Positions 42,130 to 64,000 of a stretch of DNA of 64,000 nt are shown here, in pieces. The notes below the pieces were generated by a model. It saw only the letters and a program-made list of their open reading frames with translations, ran no database searches and had not been told where the DNA came from. The stretch spans positions 1,438,617-1,502,616 of the forward strand of contig CM074818.1 in NCBI GenBank assembly GCA_037447605.1. The letters are read 5' to 3'. The stretch is from Zygnema circumcarinatum SAG 698-1b (taxonomy: Eukaryota; Plantae; Zygnematophyceae). Within the stretch, counting starts at the first letter, position 1, and the number at the start of each line of letters is the position of its first letter. Made by a program: the position numbers and the translations under genes.

Positions 42130-43175
42130 TGTGCACCTCCCTCAACCTCTCCCTCACTTCTCCGCTCTCACTCTCCTCCACTCTCTCCCTCTATTTCTTC
42201 CTCTCTTACACACGCAATCCGTCCTGCTTAGACCCTTTGGGCTCAGCGGCTCCGCTCCTCCCCCGTGCGCCGCGTCTGCCCTAAAATTCCATGGCTGCAG
42301 CGCATAGGGTGCAGAACGACCTGAAGGCCTCTCGGTCGGATTGTATTGTACATGTGCAATGTTCCGTTCCCAGTTGCGAGAAACGTGGTCAGCCCGTCCA
42401 CGTTACAGTTCAATTCCTGTTAGCGAAAATTGCCCGTTTCACGGAGAACAGTTAACTAGCTCCGTATTTCCCGTGCTACAATACTCAGTTAAAACTTGCA
42501 CATTTCAACTGTGAACGGTGGTCTCCTCTTCCTTTTATGCGCGCTTTGCCTCGTCTGAGCCAGAAGGCAAATGCATGGGGATGGGTCTGTCCATGAAGTT
42601 GAGTCTGCGTTTGTGGGCTTCAACATCCTACATCCTACATGTCAGCATAGAAGCTAATTCAGGGGGATGGACCCGGTCGTTTACAAGACTCCATGAAAAG
42701 GGCAGAGTCACAGCATCAGTCTCAGCCTCAGTCTTGTATTCTTCTCCGTTGCGAGCAGTGCAAGAATCGTGTGCTCATTGCAACTGCACATACATGGGAA
42801 TTAGAATAAATGATGCGAATTTCATTTGTAATGGCTTATTGAAGCCACGGTGCTGCCAAGATGACCGCATGAAGCACAGAACCACAAGACGCAGACGCCG
42901 CTCACCGATGCCCTTTCCATTTCCCATGGCAGCGCTGACAAGAGAGGGAGGTGGCTAAAGCCAGGCCGCCAGCATACCATCCAGCCCATGCGGCCAGAGC
43001 TCATGTTCATCCATGGCGCATCCTATGCTCTACGCTCTATAGGGCATGCATTCGCCGCATGCGCTCTTATACGGAACACATCTTCACATGGGAAGGGGGA
43101 GCTTTACACTAGGGGGGGCAAGAACAGCGTGGTTCTGTGGGAAGGTCATGGCAAATGAGAGGGGATGGAAGGAGC

Positions 43176-53940
<10,765 letters not shown>

Positions 53941-54269
53941 CTTCTTCCTTCTGCGCTCCGATGCCCCCTCTCCCGCCCCCGACCCGATACCCTGCTTCCG
54001 GCCCACCCAAAGCAGCTCCCTCTCTCTCTTTCAGTCCCTCCCTCCCTCCCTTCTCTCTCCCCCCTCTCTCCCGCTCTCCCTTCCGTCGGCCCGGTTGCGA
54101 GCACGCTAGCGCAGTGCGAGAAGTGGAACCATGGCTGCTGCCAGCTGGTGGTAGGGCCACGCGTCAGCTCCTCAGGGCGCCTCTGGAAGCAGGAAAATTA
54201 AGCCGTTTGGCCCATTTGTACCCCTCCCCACTGCTCCACTAATGACGGAAAGATATTTTTTCGTATACC

Positions 54270-55420
54270 CCATTTGTACTCGCGGCCGGAACTGGCATTA
54301 TTGCGCTGTGCGCCGGTACTTGGTACGGGTACTCCCCAGAAATCGAGCGTCAGTGGCTGGGGCGTGCCGGTACCAGTAAACGCGCTGATTGGGCCGTACA
54401 GATTGCGTACGGTTTCGTACAGTACTGTACTGAAAATTGTGTGAAAAATCGTGCCCGTACCGCCGAGGTAGTGGACTAGTGAAGAAAATAATTTCTGCCA
54501 AACTAAAACTTTCAAACGTAAAAAAGACATTCAAAAATTGGAAGAGGAAATCAGTCTCCTCTCACGACGGCCCGAGGGGCGTTCTGTCACTTTGTTTTAT
54601 TTTTTGCAAGGCCGACTAGAGCTGTTTGTTTTTCGCCCTTGCAATTGTGCACACGGAAGGGATAGCGGGAGAGAGAGGGAGGGAGCGCCGTTGTCAGCAT
54701 TGAAGCATGTAATGTAGTCAGCAAGTAAACAACCACAACTTTGGAGGAAGCAGCTTTGACCCCCACTGCTGGTTACACTGCAATGGCGACGCAAACTGGC
54801 ATTGGTTTACAATGTACTGAATTCTCGAACAAAACTGTTGCTTGTCCTTCATTCTCTTGCCATGCTTTGCATTTTGTATCAACATCGCATCTCTGCTTCT
54901 AGGCCTAACAACGGGGCTCTAGCAGCAGCCGACCAAAGTGCTTTGTATTGGAAATTATTTTATATTTGGCTCATAGCCTTTTCTTTCGTCCCTAGGTCCT
55001 TTGTGACCCGCTGGTTCGTCGTGGTTCTCCATGTTGAGTTTGTCCATGTACATTCATCAATTTGATGGCATGCCCCCCCGTGCGATCCATGCGGCCATGC
55101 CCCCCCCATCCACGCCCATCCCGCATGGGCAATTGGCAATTGCCAATTGGGCATGCCATGCCTGTTTCTGTGACCGTACGGTACGGCCAATAATGTACTG
55201 TACTGTACCAACATTGCCCTGCCTCACTGCAAAAATCTTCGGCGGCTCCCAAAGATAAGAGAAGCGGATTCCACTCGCAAACCTCCGAGGTCCACCGCCT
55301 CACCTCAGCGCCACGTGGCAGATAGCGCGCGCTTCATTCGGAGCCAATCTCACTCTTTACATGCGACACGTGACTCATTTTGACACGTGGTGGACACACA
55401 TTGGCTAATCTTGCTCGATT
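54270..55420. promoter_or_regulatory. Divergent promoter region, UBP12/UGP3
   Basis: GTAC clusters at 54277-54460 and 55175-55209, G-boxes at about 55312, 55367 and 55384, CCAAT boxes. Confidence 0.55.
54966..55072 (+). repeat. Dispersed repeat family, copy D
   Basis: gctcatagccttttctttcgtccctaggtcctttgtgacccgctggttcgtcgtggttctccatgttgagtttgtccatgtacatt. Confidence 0.8.
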
Positions 55421-55811
55421 TTTAGTTATTAAGCTGACGTGACAAATTGACTCTCACCCGATTGCTTGATTTTCCAGTCGACCCACCGTGTGGATCGTAA
55501 ATCTTGACCCTGGAATCTTTTGTCCCAGGGCATCTTTTTCGGGGAGGGATTCTCCTGCCCTTGACCTTTCTGTCCTGGAACGTGAAAGTGCTCTTGAATC
55601 TCCAAATCTTCGCCTGCCTCTCCGTTCATATCTTTCTCCCTCTCGCTCTCATTTTCTCCCTCTTCTCCCTCTCACTCTCTTTCACTCCCACACCTCTCTC
55701 TGCCCCTCATGCTGATGCAGGCAAGGCCCTGATATTGACCAGGTTGTGGGAGGGAGGAGGTGCCTCTCCCTGCAGTTTTGAATCAGGAGGGAGGCTCTCT
55801 CATACGCATCC

Positions 55812-58800
55812 ATGGATGCCGTGGGGATGAGGGCCATAGGCCTTCATAGGGCGGGAGCTTCCTTCTCGAATCTTTCCTCTCCCGCTTCAACTAAGTGCCG
55901 CTCAGATCCTCCGGGGAACCCGCTGAGTGACAGGGAAGACACGCTGCTGTCTTCGCCTTGCAGTTCCAGCTGGGTGAGGGCATGCTCACTGCGAGCTGCA
56001 GGCCTTCTCGGAAGGAGGCTTTCAAGATCAAGCAGCAGTAGCAGCAGCAGCAGCTCCTTGGTCTGCGGTGAAGGCTGTAGGCCAGAAGGCAGGAAATCTG
56101 CGCTGAATTCCCAGTCCTCCTGCTTTGTGCTTTCCCGAAAGTGTTTGAGCCTGTGCTCGGAGGGAAAGCTCCGGCAGCTGCAGCTGGGAGGAGGGAGGCC
56201 GAGGCAGCGGCCTCTTGCAGGCCCTCCGCAGGTTTCAGTGACGCCATTGACAGCTCCGCACGACGACGCGGAGGAGTGGCGTGTCTGGGATCTGGAGAAT
56301 GAGCTTCTGCGGCTCAGGAAGCTTCTGACAGAGCTGAGAGCCGCTCAGTCTGCGGAAGAAAGAAATGCTATTCTCAACCGAGATGCGAGAGTGCGCCGCG
56401 TTTTTGGAGATTGCGACGGCTATGGCTGGAATTCTGGGAGCAGCCCGCTTAGGCCTGTTGCAGCACTTGCATTGTCGTTGCTGCAAGAGTCTGATCTCCG
56501 CCTTATTAAGCTACTTGCTGCCTGTGGCCAGCAGCATCTGCTGACTGGAGCTTCTGGCTGGGAGGATCAGACAGCCTCTCACTGCAGTGCAGGAGGTGAT
56601 GAGAGCTTTTCCAGTGGTAGCAGCAGTGTAAAAAGTGCATTTGCGACTTTGGCGAGTGTGATTGAAGGCTGGGGCTCGGAAAAGACAGGAATGAGCAGCA
56701 TTTTCAGTGGTTTGGAAAGTCCAGGGCTGTTTCCCACACAGGTTATGGAGCTCATGGACTGGGAGGGACGCTATGCACAAAGCTCAGAAAAGTCCCTTAT
56801 TTCGCAGTTTTTGGAAGGATGGGATACCCCAGGATTGTTTCCTGCTGGGGTCATCCAACTTATGGATTTTGAAGGCCGCTATGAAAAAGCTTCTGGGGGG
56901 TTGAGCTCAGAGGAACGCGACTGCTCTGTGTATCCAGGAGGTGCATATTCACTTCGAGAAAATCTCTTGAGCCTCGTGGCTATGTTGCGGCGGTTAGAGA
57001 GGTTCTACGATGGTATAGGCGGCATTATAGGGTGAGAGTCGACCCCCTTTCATGACATGATCGGAGCAGTTTTCACCGTTGTGCTAAACCGCCCTTATTG
57101 CTGGAAGGTTATGCGTCCAATGAGTGGTGATATGGACAACGTATAGTGAGTAATATTTTCACTGATGCTTTTGCAGAACTCTGGTCGTTCTCTCTGATAA
57201 GCTTGAAACGGAGCAGCGTTGCCCCTTTAAACCAGTTGTATTTTGCTTTGAATCAAGTGTCGAAGCTCAAGAGGAATAATTTCGAAGTCGGCCTTGCCTG
57301 TGTTTTTCTTCATCTTTTATATTAAAAATATGTCAGGGCACGTTCAAGTTTCCTGTAATGATGTTGAATGGAGCCTGGAGCAGGTATCAGATGGTGTCGT
57401 TGGAGCTCATTCTGGCAGCTGAGAAGGAGAAACGAGGCTTGCCTTTACAGAACGCGGAGATTGAGGACGGCAAACGCCGTTTTCTTGTGCCCAAAGGTCA
57501 TAACCTGGCTAAAGAGAAAGACTTGGCTTCAAAAGCTTCCCTCTGGGGTCTCCAGGTATGGTGTACTGTTCCAGCTCCTGTTCTTTCAGTTTCTCTTGTG
57601 TTTGGGGACCTCGCACCTACTGCCACTTTCCCTCAAATTATTCTTTCTGTTGTATATAGTGCAATACCAGAAAGACATTTATTCAGGTGCCGTTTCAATC
57701 ATGAGATGCTTTTTCTGATCACTTCATGGTTTTTTTCGATCGGGTCTGTACCCGCAGGGTTTACCTGAGATGGCCGAAATCTATCCTCTTGGCGGAGCCG
57801 GTGACCGGCTAGGGCTTGTGGATGAGAATACGGGGGAATGCCTTCCCGTGGCGATGTTGCCCTACTGTGGTCGAACTCTGCTACATGGCCTCATTCGGGA
57901 CCTCCAGGTCTGTTGAATTGCATGCATTTCGACTGTTTTGTAAGGAATCGCTTTTTGAAGCTGTCCCACTGCATGCTGCATGCCTACTGCTCTAATTGGA
58001 TTTGCCCTTGGCATCTTGCATATATTAATTGTAAGTTCTGAAATGTCAGTTTTGTGAATTAACACAGCCCTGTCTCACGTTTGATACCGCTAGAGTCGAA
58101 TTAATACTTTTAATACCAAGGAAGCACCGTTGCTCGTCCGGACACTCGAGAATTGGCTTTTGTGGAGAGAACTAACCTTTTTTGCCTTAAGTAGCTCATC
58201 CCTAGATTACTGAACACCATTGCGATGAAAAGTAATCAATCTTGACAAGGCTTCTTGACATATGTAGGCGCGGGAGTATCTGCACTACCGCATCACGGGC
58301 CGGCAATGTATCACACCAGTGGCCATCATGACGAGTGCGGCAAAACAGAACCATCGCAGGGTGCAGTCCTTATGTGAAACCCATGGCTGGTTTGGACGCA
58401 GTCGGCACAACTTTCGCCTGTTTGAACAGGTAATTTTTGGCGAACAGCTACCCATTCCATTCTTGTTCGGTGTTTTCTAGAGGCAAGTTCTTGCAAAGTT
58501 CCGGATACTTAGGTGCATGGGAAGCATGAAAAGTGGCCTTATAGGATGTCAAGCCAGTGGATAATCTAGTGGGAGTGCTCGAAATACACTTCTAAAGTCA
58601 CCCACTGCCAAGTTAGGCTGAAACGGATTTCCCTTGCCATATTGTCAGTGAATCAACTATCATGGTTAGGTCAAATGCTGAAGTCAGGATAGCAGGGTCA
58701 GTCATTTCTGTTGTTGGGTGATTCAGCCGTTAAGGGACATATAGCGTCTCAATGGGCTCCCATCACGAGTGTGTTAGTGAAGAATCCTCGAACCATTTGT

Positions 58801-61800
58801 TAAAGACTTTTGTAGCAATTTGCTTGTCAATGTTTTCCTGATTAATTATAGACACCGAAGGTGTTTGGGCCAATGCGGGTTCAATGCAGCCTCTCGTACC
58901 GGCTGTGGCAGCAGCTGACGGGAGGTGGCTGGTGAGCGAACCCCTCACAGCTGTGCTGAAGCCGGGGGGCCACGGAGCAATCTGGAAGCTTGCTTGTGAT
59001 GAAGGGGTCTTTCGATGGTTTCGAAAGAAAGGTCGAAAAGCGGCGATGGTGCGGCAGATCAGGTGCAAAATAAGCCAAGTATCATACTACTTTGCATTAC
59101 ATGGGCTTTTTGAGAGTGTAGACGTGAGAATGGGGCAAAATGTCAGTTCCATTATGCATGTGGATAAGCATTCGACGGAATGTGGATCACGTGAAGAATT
59201 CAGCACAGCATTCTCGGCATACTCATCAAAGAGTCTTTAAGTTGAGTATTATTGAGACAGGTGGAGTGGGAGCTGTGTGTTCGGGGAACAGCAATCCCAT
59301 GGCAGGCACTGACGTAACTATGCTGGCTCTCTCTGGTGTGGGCCTCCGAGGAAACAAGGTATTATTTATTTCTCTCTTGTCCGATGGTCATTTCCTCACT
59401 CTTAAACAACGGTCTGTATGGCTCGCGTGTGGCTGTTTGCCAGCGACTTAGATCTCTTGGTTAAAGAACCTGACTTACCACCATCGCGGGGTGCAGAAAT
59501 TCGGGTTTGCTTCCTGTGACCGGAATGTGGGCACGGCAGAAGGAGTCAATGTACTTAGTGAGACGCAAAGGCCGGATGGAAGCTGGGAATACGGTGTGAC
59601 CTGTGTGGAATACACAGAGTTTGGAAAATTGGGGATTGCAGATGTCACAGTCGCGCCTGGCAGGTACAGTAGCACTCCCTTTTTATGCTCAATGCACTGA
59701 TAAGTGTCCTGCCACGGTTCGATTAGGGCTTGCTGGATATGAATGATTGTGATCCCCTCTCCTTCTTACGAGATCCATACTTTAGCGAATGGCCTAACGC
59801 TGAGATTATGGGCTCTGGGGAGAGGTGATCGAACAGCCTGCAATCGCAGTTCCCTGCCAACACAAATGTGCTCTATGTAGACTTGGCAGCCGTGGAGCAT
59901 GCAGCGTCCACAAGTTCGCAGGCGGCGCTGCCCGGCCTTATTATGAACCTGAAGAAGCCTGTCAATTTCATGGATTATCTTGGTCGAACTCACAGGTCTG
60001 AATTTGATGTTTTCTTTACTGCTTGTTCGATGTGTTTGATATACATGTACATGTTTCCTGGTCCTGACTCACGGAGACAATTACTTCATGATGATTTGAA
60101 GGCTGCATCCTGTGCAAAAGATCACATTCACAAGCTCACAAAGACAAACGGTGTGGGGTGGAGAAACAGTGTGAAGGCTGGTAGGCTGGAGTGCACAATG
60201 CAGAATGTTGCAGACTCGCTCACTGATACCTTCTCGGAGCAACTTCCAGTCAGCGAGCATGGTAGGCCTACACTCATCACCTTCTGGGAGCCGGCGTGAT
60301 AATGATCAGTGAAGAAGTCTTCATTTAGAGTAAAGAATGATGCAATCTGGGTCTGAGACTTGCTGCATTTATGATGCAGGGGACCTTTCAACCTTTCTGT
60401 TGTATAACGATAGACGGAAAGTGACCTCTTCGGCAAAGAGGCGCAGAAAGCCGGACGAAATCTCTATCCATCAGGTTTGCAAAATTCTTGCCCAGAAATA
60501 ATTGCAGCAGTATTATCTTGCTGAAGGTTCTATGTTCATCCTGATCTTGCTAAAGTGTCAATGGTCAGTCTGAGGTAAAAGTTGTCCTGACTAACCCTAA
60601 TTGACTTTCTGTTGCCTCTTTTTCTTGTATTGGAGCATGCAGACGCCCGACGGCTCTTTCCTTGATCTTAATCGCAATGCAGCGGAGCTTTTCACCTCTT
60701 GCGGAGTCACCTTGCCAGTTGTAAGTGCTCTTGCTTGATGGCATCTTCCAAGAGTTTGAAGCAGTTTTGAACCCTCAGCAGATACCTGGCTATAGTTTTT
60801 AACTATGAACCAAAGCACATCGCTAATTCTAATTCTGTAATGGCGCATTTTTTGGACAGATGGAGAGTAATCAATGCTACCTTCATGATCCACCTCCGTT
60901 TATTGTTCTTTTCCACCCAGCACTGGGGCCTCTTTGGGATGTCATACGGCAAAAGGTGAGCTATTTTTCTGAACGCACTGCCGCATCGTCAATTCACTAC
61001 CGAAATTAGATATTTCATATTCCAGTTTTTCATGCTGAGTGAAGGAGGAAGGTATTTGGGGTATTCCAGCAGTTCTGTCCTGATTACTGTTCATATGTTG
61101 CTCGAGGGGGATCACACTATCTCCAGCTGTCACATGATGTAGGAGAATCTGACAGTAGTCTATGGTAAGGAAGTTTTCAGTTCAGGGGGTCTTACAGTGT
61201 TATCGTTGTGCAGGTGGTGGGGGGCTCGATAGCTCCCGGCTCGGAGGTGCAGCTCGAGGTGGCAGAGCTGCTGTGGCGGGACGTGCACGTAAGGACTCCC
61301 GATTCAAATTGACAATCATGCATGCGTGCATTTGTAGTTCAAGCGGTCGATTTCGAAGTTCCAACCGTATCTTGCATGCATGTCCGTATCCATCATGTCC
61401 CTAAGGTTTAAGTCCTGTGATGTGAGCATTCGCAGCTAATGTGATGACAAAACATAGTATAGAATCCCGAAACTGCATTGCTTCTCCATGCATCTGAACA
61501 CCTATCTGCAGCGTTGATGCACTCTGCCCCCAAGCACGTATGCATAAGTCCAGTGATAGCCAGGACGGAGAGATATTGGTGATTAAAAGAGCATGTTTGC
61601 GGGCGGCAGGTGGACGGCAGCCTGTTGGTGCATGCCCAGAACGTGTTTGGGGATATGGAGGAAACAGATGAAGGGGAACAGTTGCTTCGATATGGACAAA
61701 GGTATTGTCCTTGTCTCCTCCTGTTTGATGGGTGTATAACTACTTCCATGATGGAGCTTTTAGATCCACGAGGTGCCTGGAAGGTCATGGACAAGATCTG

Positions 61801-63050
61801 CTTGTGCATGATGATGATCGCCCAGTTGAGGAACATCCTCCACATTTTGTACTGCAAGCTTTAGGGTTATTCAGATCTTGACCGTTCCTCACCCTATAAA
61901 GAAAAAATGCTCTCGCTTTCTTCTCAGCGTTTTTTTCTTAGACTCCACTGCAGACAACTGACGACCATTCACCATGCTGAGAAAGTGCTTCTAAACATAG
62001 CCCTGAAGCTGACCTGTTGGAGCCAATGAATGACTGCCAGCTGCCCCTCTGACTGTGGATGAACCTTGTTGCCTTTGACAGATGTGGACGCTGCCGGTTA
62101 GAGCGGGTGACGGTTCGCAACCAAGGAGTGGATTGGGAATCCAAGGGAAACGTGTTGTGGCAGCATAAAGTTCATCGACGGGAAGTTGTTCAAATTGTTC
62201 TGCACGGAGATGCAGAATTCGATGCGCGAGATGTGACTTTAGAGGTATGGTTTACTCTTCTCTGCATAGCTGCAGTTGCTTGAGTGGGTTTCCTTGAAAG
62301 TCATGGATTGCTATCCTCTAATGGAACTTTGTTCTGTTATTGTTTCACATGAATCACGGTCCCGTAGGCAGACAAACGTATTGTAAACATTGAAAAACTC
62401 TATACAGCCAAGCTGGCAACTTGACTGAGTGGCAATAGGGAATCATGCCAGCAATTCCGATCATACAGAAATTAGTGTTTGTAACTACGTCAGGAGAGCC
62501 AGCCTGAAGTTTTTGATTAGTGACAGTTCCATGTCGACTTTTGTTGCCCTGTTGGCATTCCTTTTTGAGGTGCTTCCCCACAAGCAGTTGTAGTTCCTTC
62601 CCATCTGTCGTAACAAGCGAACCTCGGTTCAAGAAGGCTGATGTCCCTCTGTCTGGGTTCAGGGATCGCATGTATTTGAAATCCCAGCAGGCCACCGATT
62701 GCGACTTATCAGTGGAACCACAGGTTCGTTATAGCCTCCGCTGTCATCCCATCCCGTGTCAGAGTTCGCTTGCGTAAGCAGGGTGATAGTAAAAGGGCAG
62801 TCTTTGTAAAGTTTGTACTGTACTGATAGCAGTGTTTGCTTTGCGCTGCAGAAGGTACAGAAAGCATAATTTAGGTTGGGTTGTTTTTCCTAACATGTTA
62901 TTGAGAGGGAGGGCGACAGGCTTCCAAAGGGTCCTTGAACCTCTTCAACACGATAAGGACTCCATCTCTCGTTCATCATGGGAGTGGCATTACCATGTTT
63001 TGGAGGAAAGCTCAGTGAAGCTTGATCTAAAGGAGGAGACGTGCAGCTGA
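55812..63050 (+). CDS. UGP3: Plastid UDP-glucose pyrophosphorylase 3 (sulfolipid pathway)
   Basis: About 18 exons. Ser/Arg-rich transit-peptide-like N-terminus; FYDGIGGIIGYQ, YPLGGAGDRLGLVDENTGECLP, KPGGHGAIWKLA, FPANTNVLYVDL, GRLECTMQNVAD, HQTPDGS; ends WEWHY...EETCS*. Confidence 0.94.
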
Positions 63051-64000
63051 AGGCTCTGATGTACGGATTCTGTAAAACAAGAGCTTAGCGTTTTTCACCA
63101 TCTGCTCGCTGTTTTATTGCTTAACTGGGACGGAGAGGTCTGAAAGAGAGGTAGGTGCTTGTATCATCTCTCCGATGATGTCCATCTTAGTTTCAGTCAC
63201 ACATTCATTTGGGGTAACCCCCACACTTTGACTTGGGATTTTAGACTCAGGCCAGTGTACGTAGGGACCTCCCATGCGCCCCCTTGCAGCCATTTAATGC
63301 CCCCTGTGCTAGGGCGGCTCGTTTAGCCTTGACTCTGCCATACTATCGCACATGCTCCCCTTATTTTGGAATGTAAATGATTCTCAATTTGAGGAAGGAA
63401 TTGACACACTTTACCAGTACTTCGTGTTCGGTCACGACATAACGATAGACGTTGGATCTGCACTCGTGCACACCCTCTGAACCAGGCGATGCATGCACAG
63501 TGTGCTACTTGAGCATCGCATGCATGCATCCCTTTCCGATATGAACCAAGCACGTTCTCTGTATCATGGAGTCCCAAAGTAGTTCGTTTCCAGCGCTCTC
63601 GCTCCATGAAAAAGTGATAAGCATTTCACAAAAGGATCAAGTGAAGGTGCGTCTCCATGGTCTAACTTCATGCAACTTCATCCAGCTTTGCAAAAAAATA
63701 AAACACGAACGCTTCTGCTGTAACTCTTTGTGAAAAGTGACGAGCATTGGCAAACAAACAAAACGAAGGGTGCATAAGGCAAGTCTAAACAATTGTGCGC
63801 TTTTGAAAGTCCCTTGCCAAACTACCTCCCTCGACTGCGACACAAACAACTGTGGACGCTGTATCCATGACATGGCATGGCATGGCATATGAAGCTATTC
63901 AGTTAAAAAATCTCACATTTTGAAGAAGGAAGGTAAATCTTAAAACATGCTACATAAATATGCAAATTTGATGGAAGTTTTCTAGTATCCATGGAGTGTT

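Overview
This is eukaryotic nuclear DNA with spliceosomal introns and plant-type genes. It most likely comes from a streptophyte green alga, which is an inference from gene content. I reconstructed 11 intron-rich genes by hand: the 3' part of an OCRL/INPP5B-type inositol 5-phosphatase with ASH and RhoGAP-like domains (+), a membrane sensor with a PilJ/NarX-type domain and a degenerate histidine-kinase ATPase (+), CDKG (-), the PP6/FyPP catalytic subunit (+), beta-ureidopropionase (-), a Reb1/TTF1-like multi-MYB protein (+), a NIPA transporter (-), an RTNLB22-like reticulon (+), SmG (-), UBP12/13 (-) and plastid UGP3 (+). The best candidate for an undescribed system is the sensor gene at 6217-11144. 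It has an intact bacterial nitrate-sensor P-box motif on an intron-containing kinase with degenerate N and G2 boxes and no visible H-box. A 10-N assembly gap lies where an H-box exon could be hidden. Other notable signals are many G-rich 3' splice sites without a polypyrimidine tract, GTAC/G-box clusters in most promoters, and an unclassified dispersed repeat of about 110-130 bp. Exon boundaries were read by eye and may be off by a few bases.
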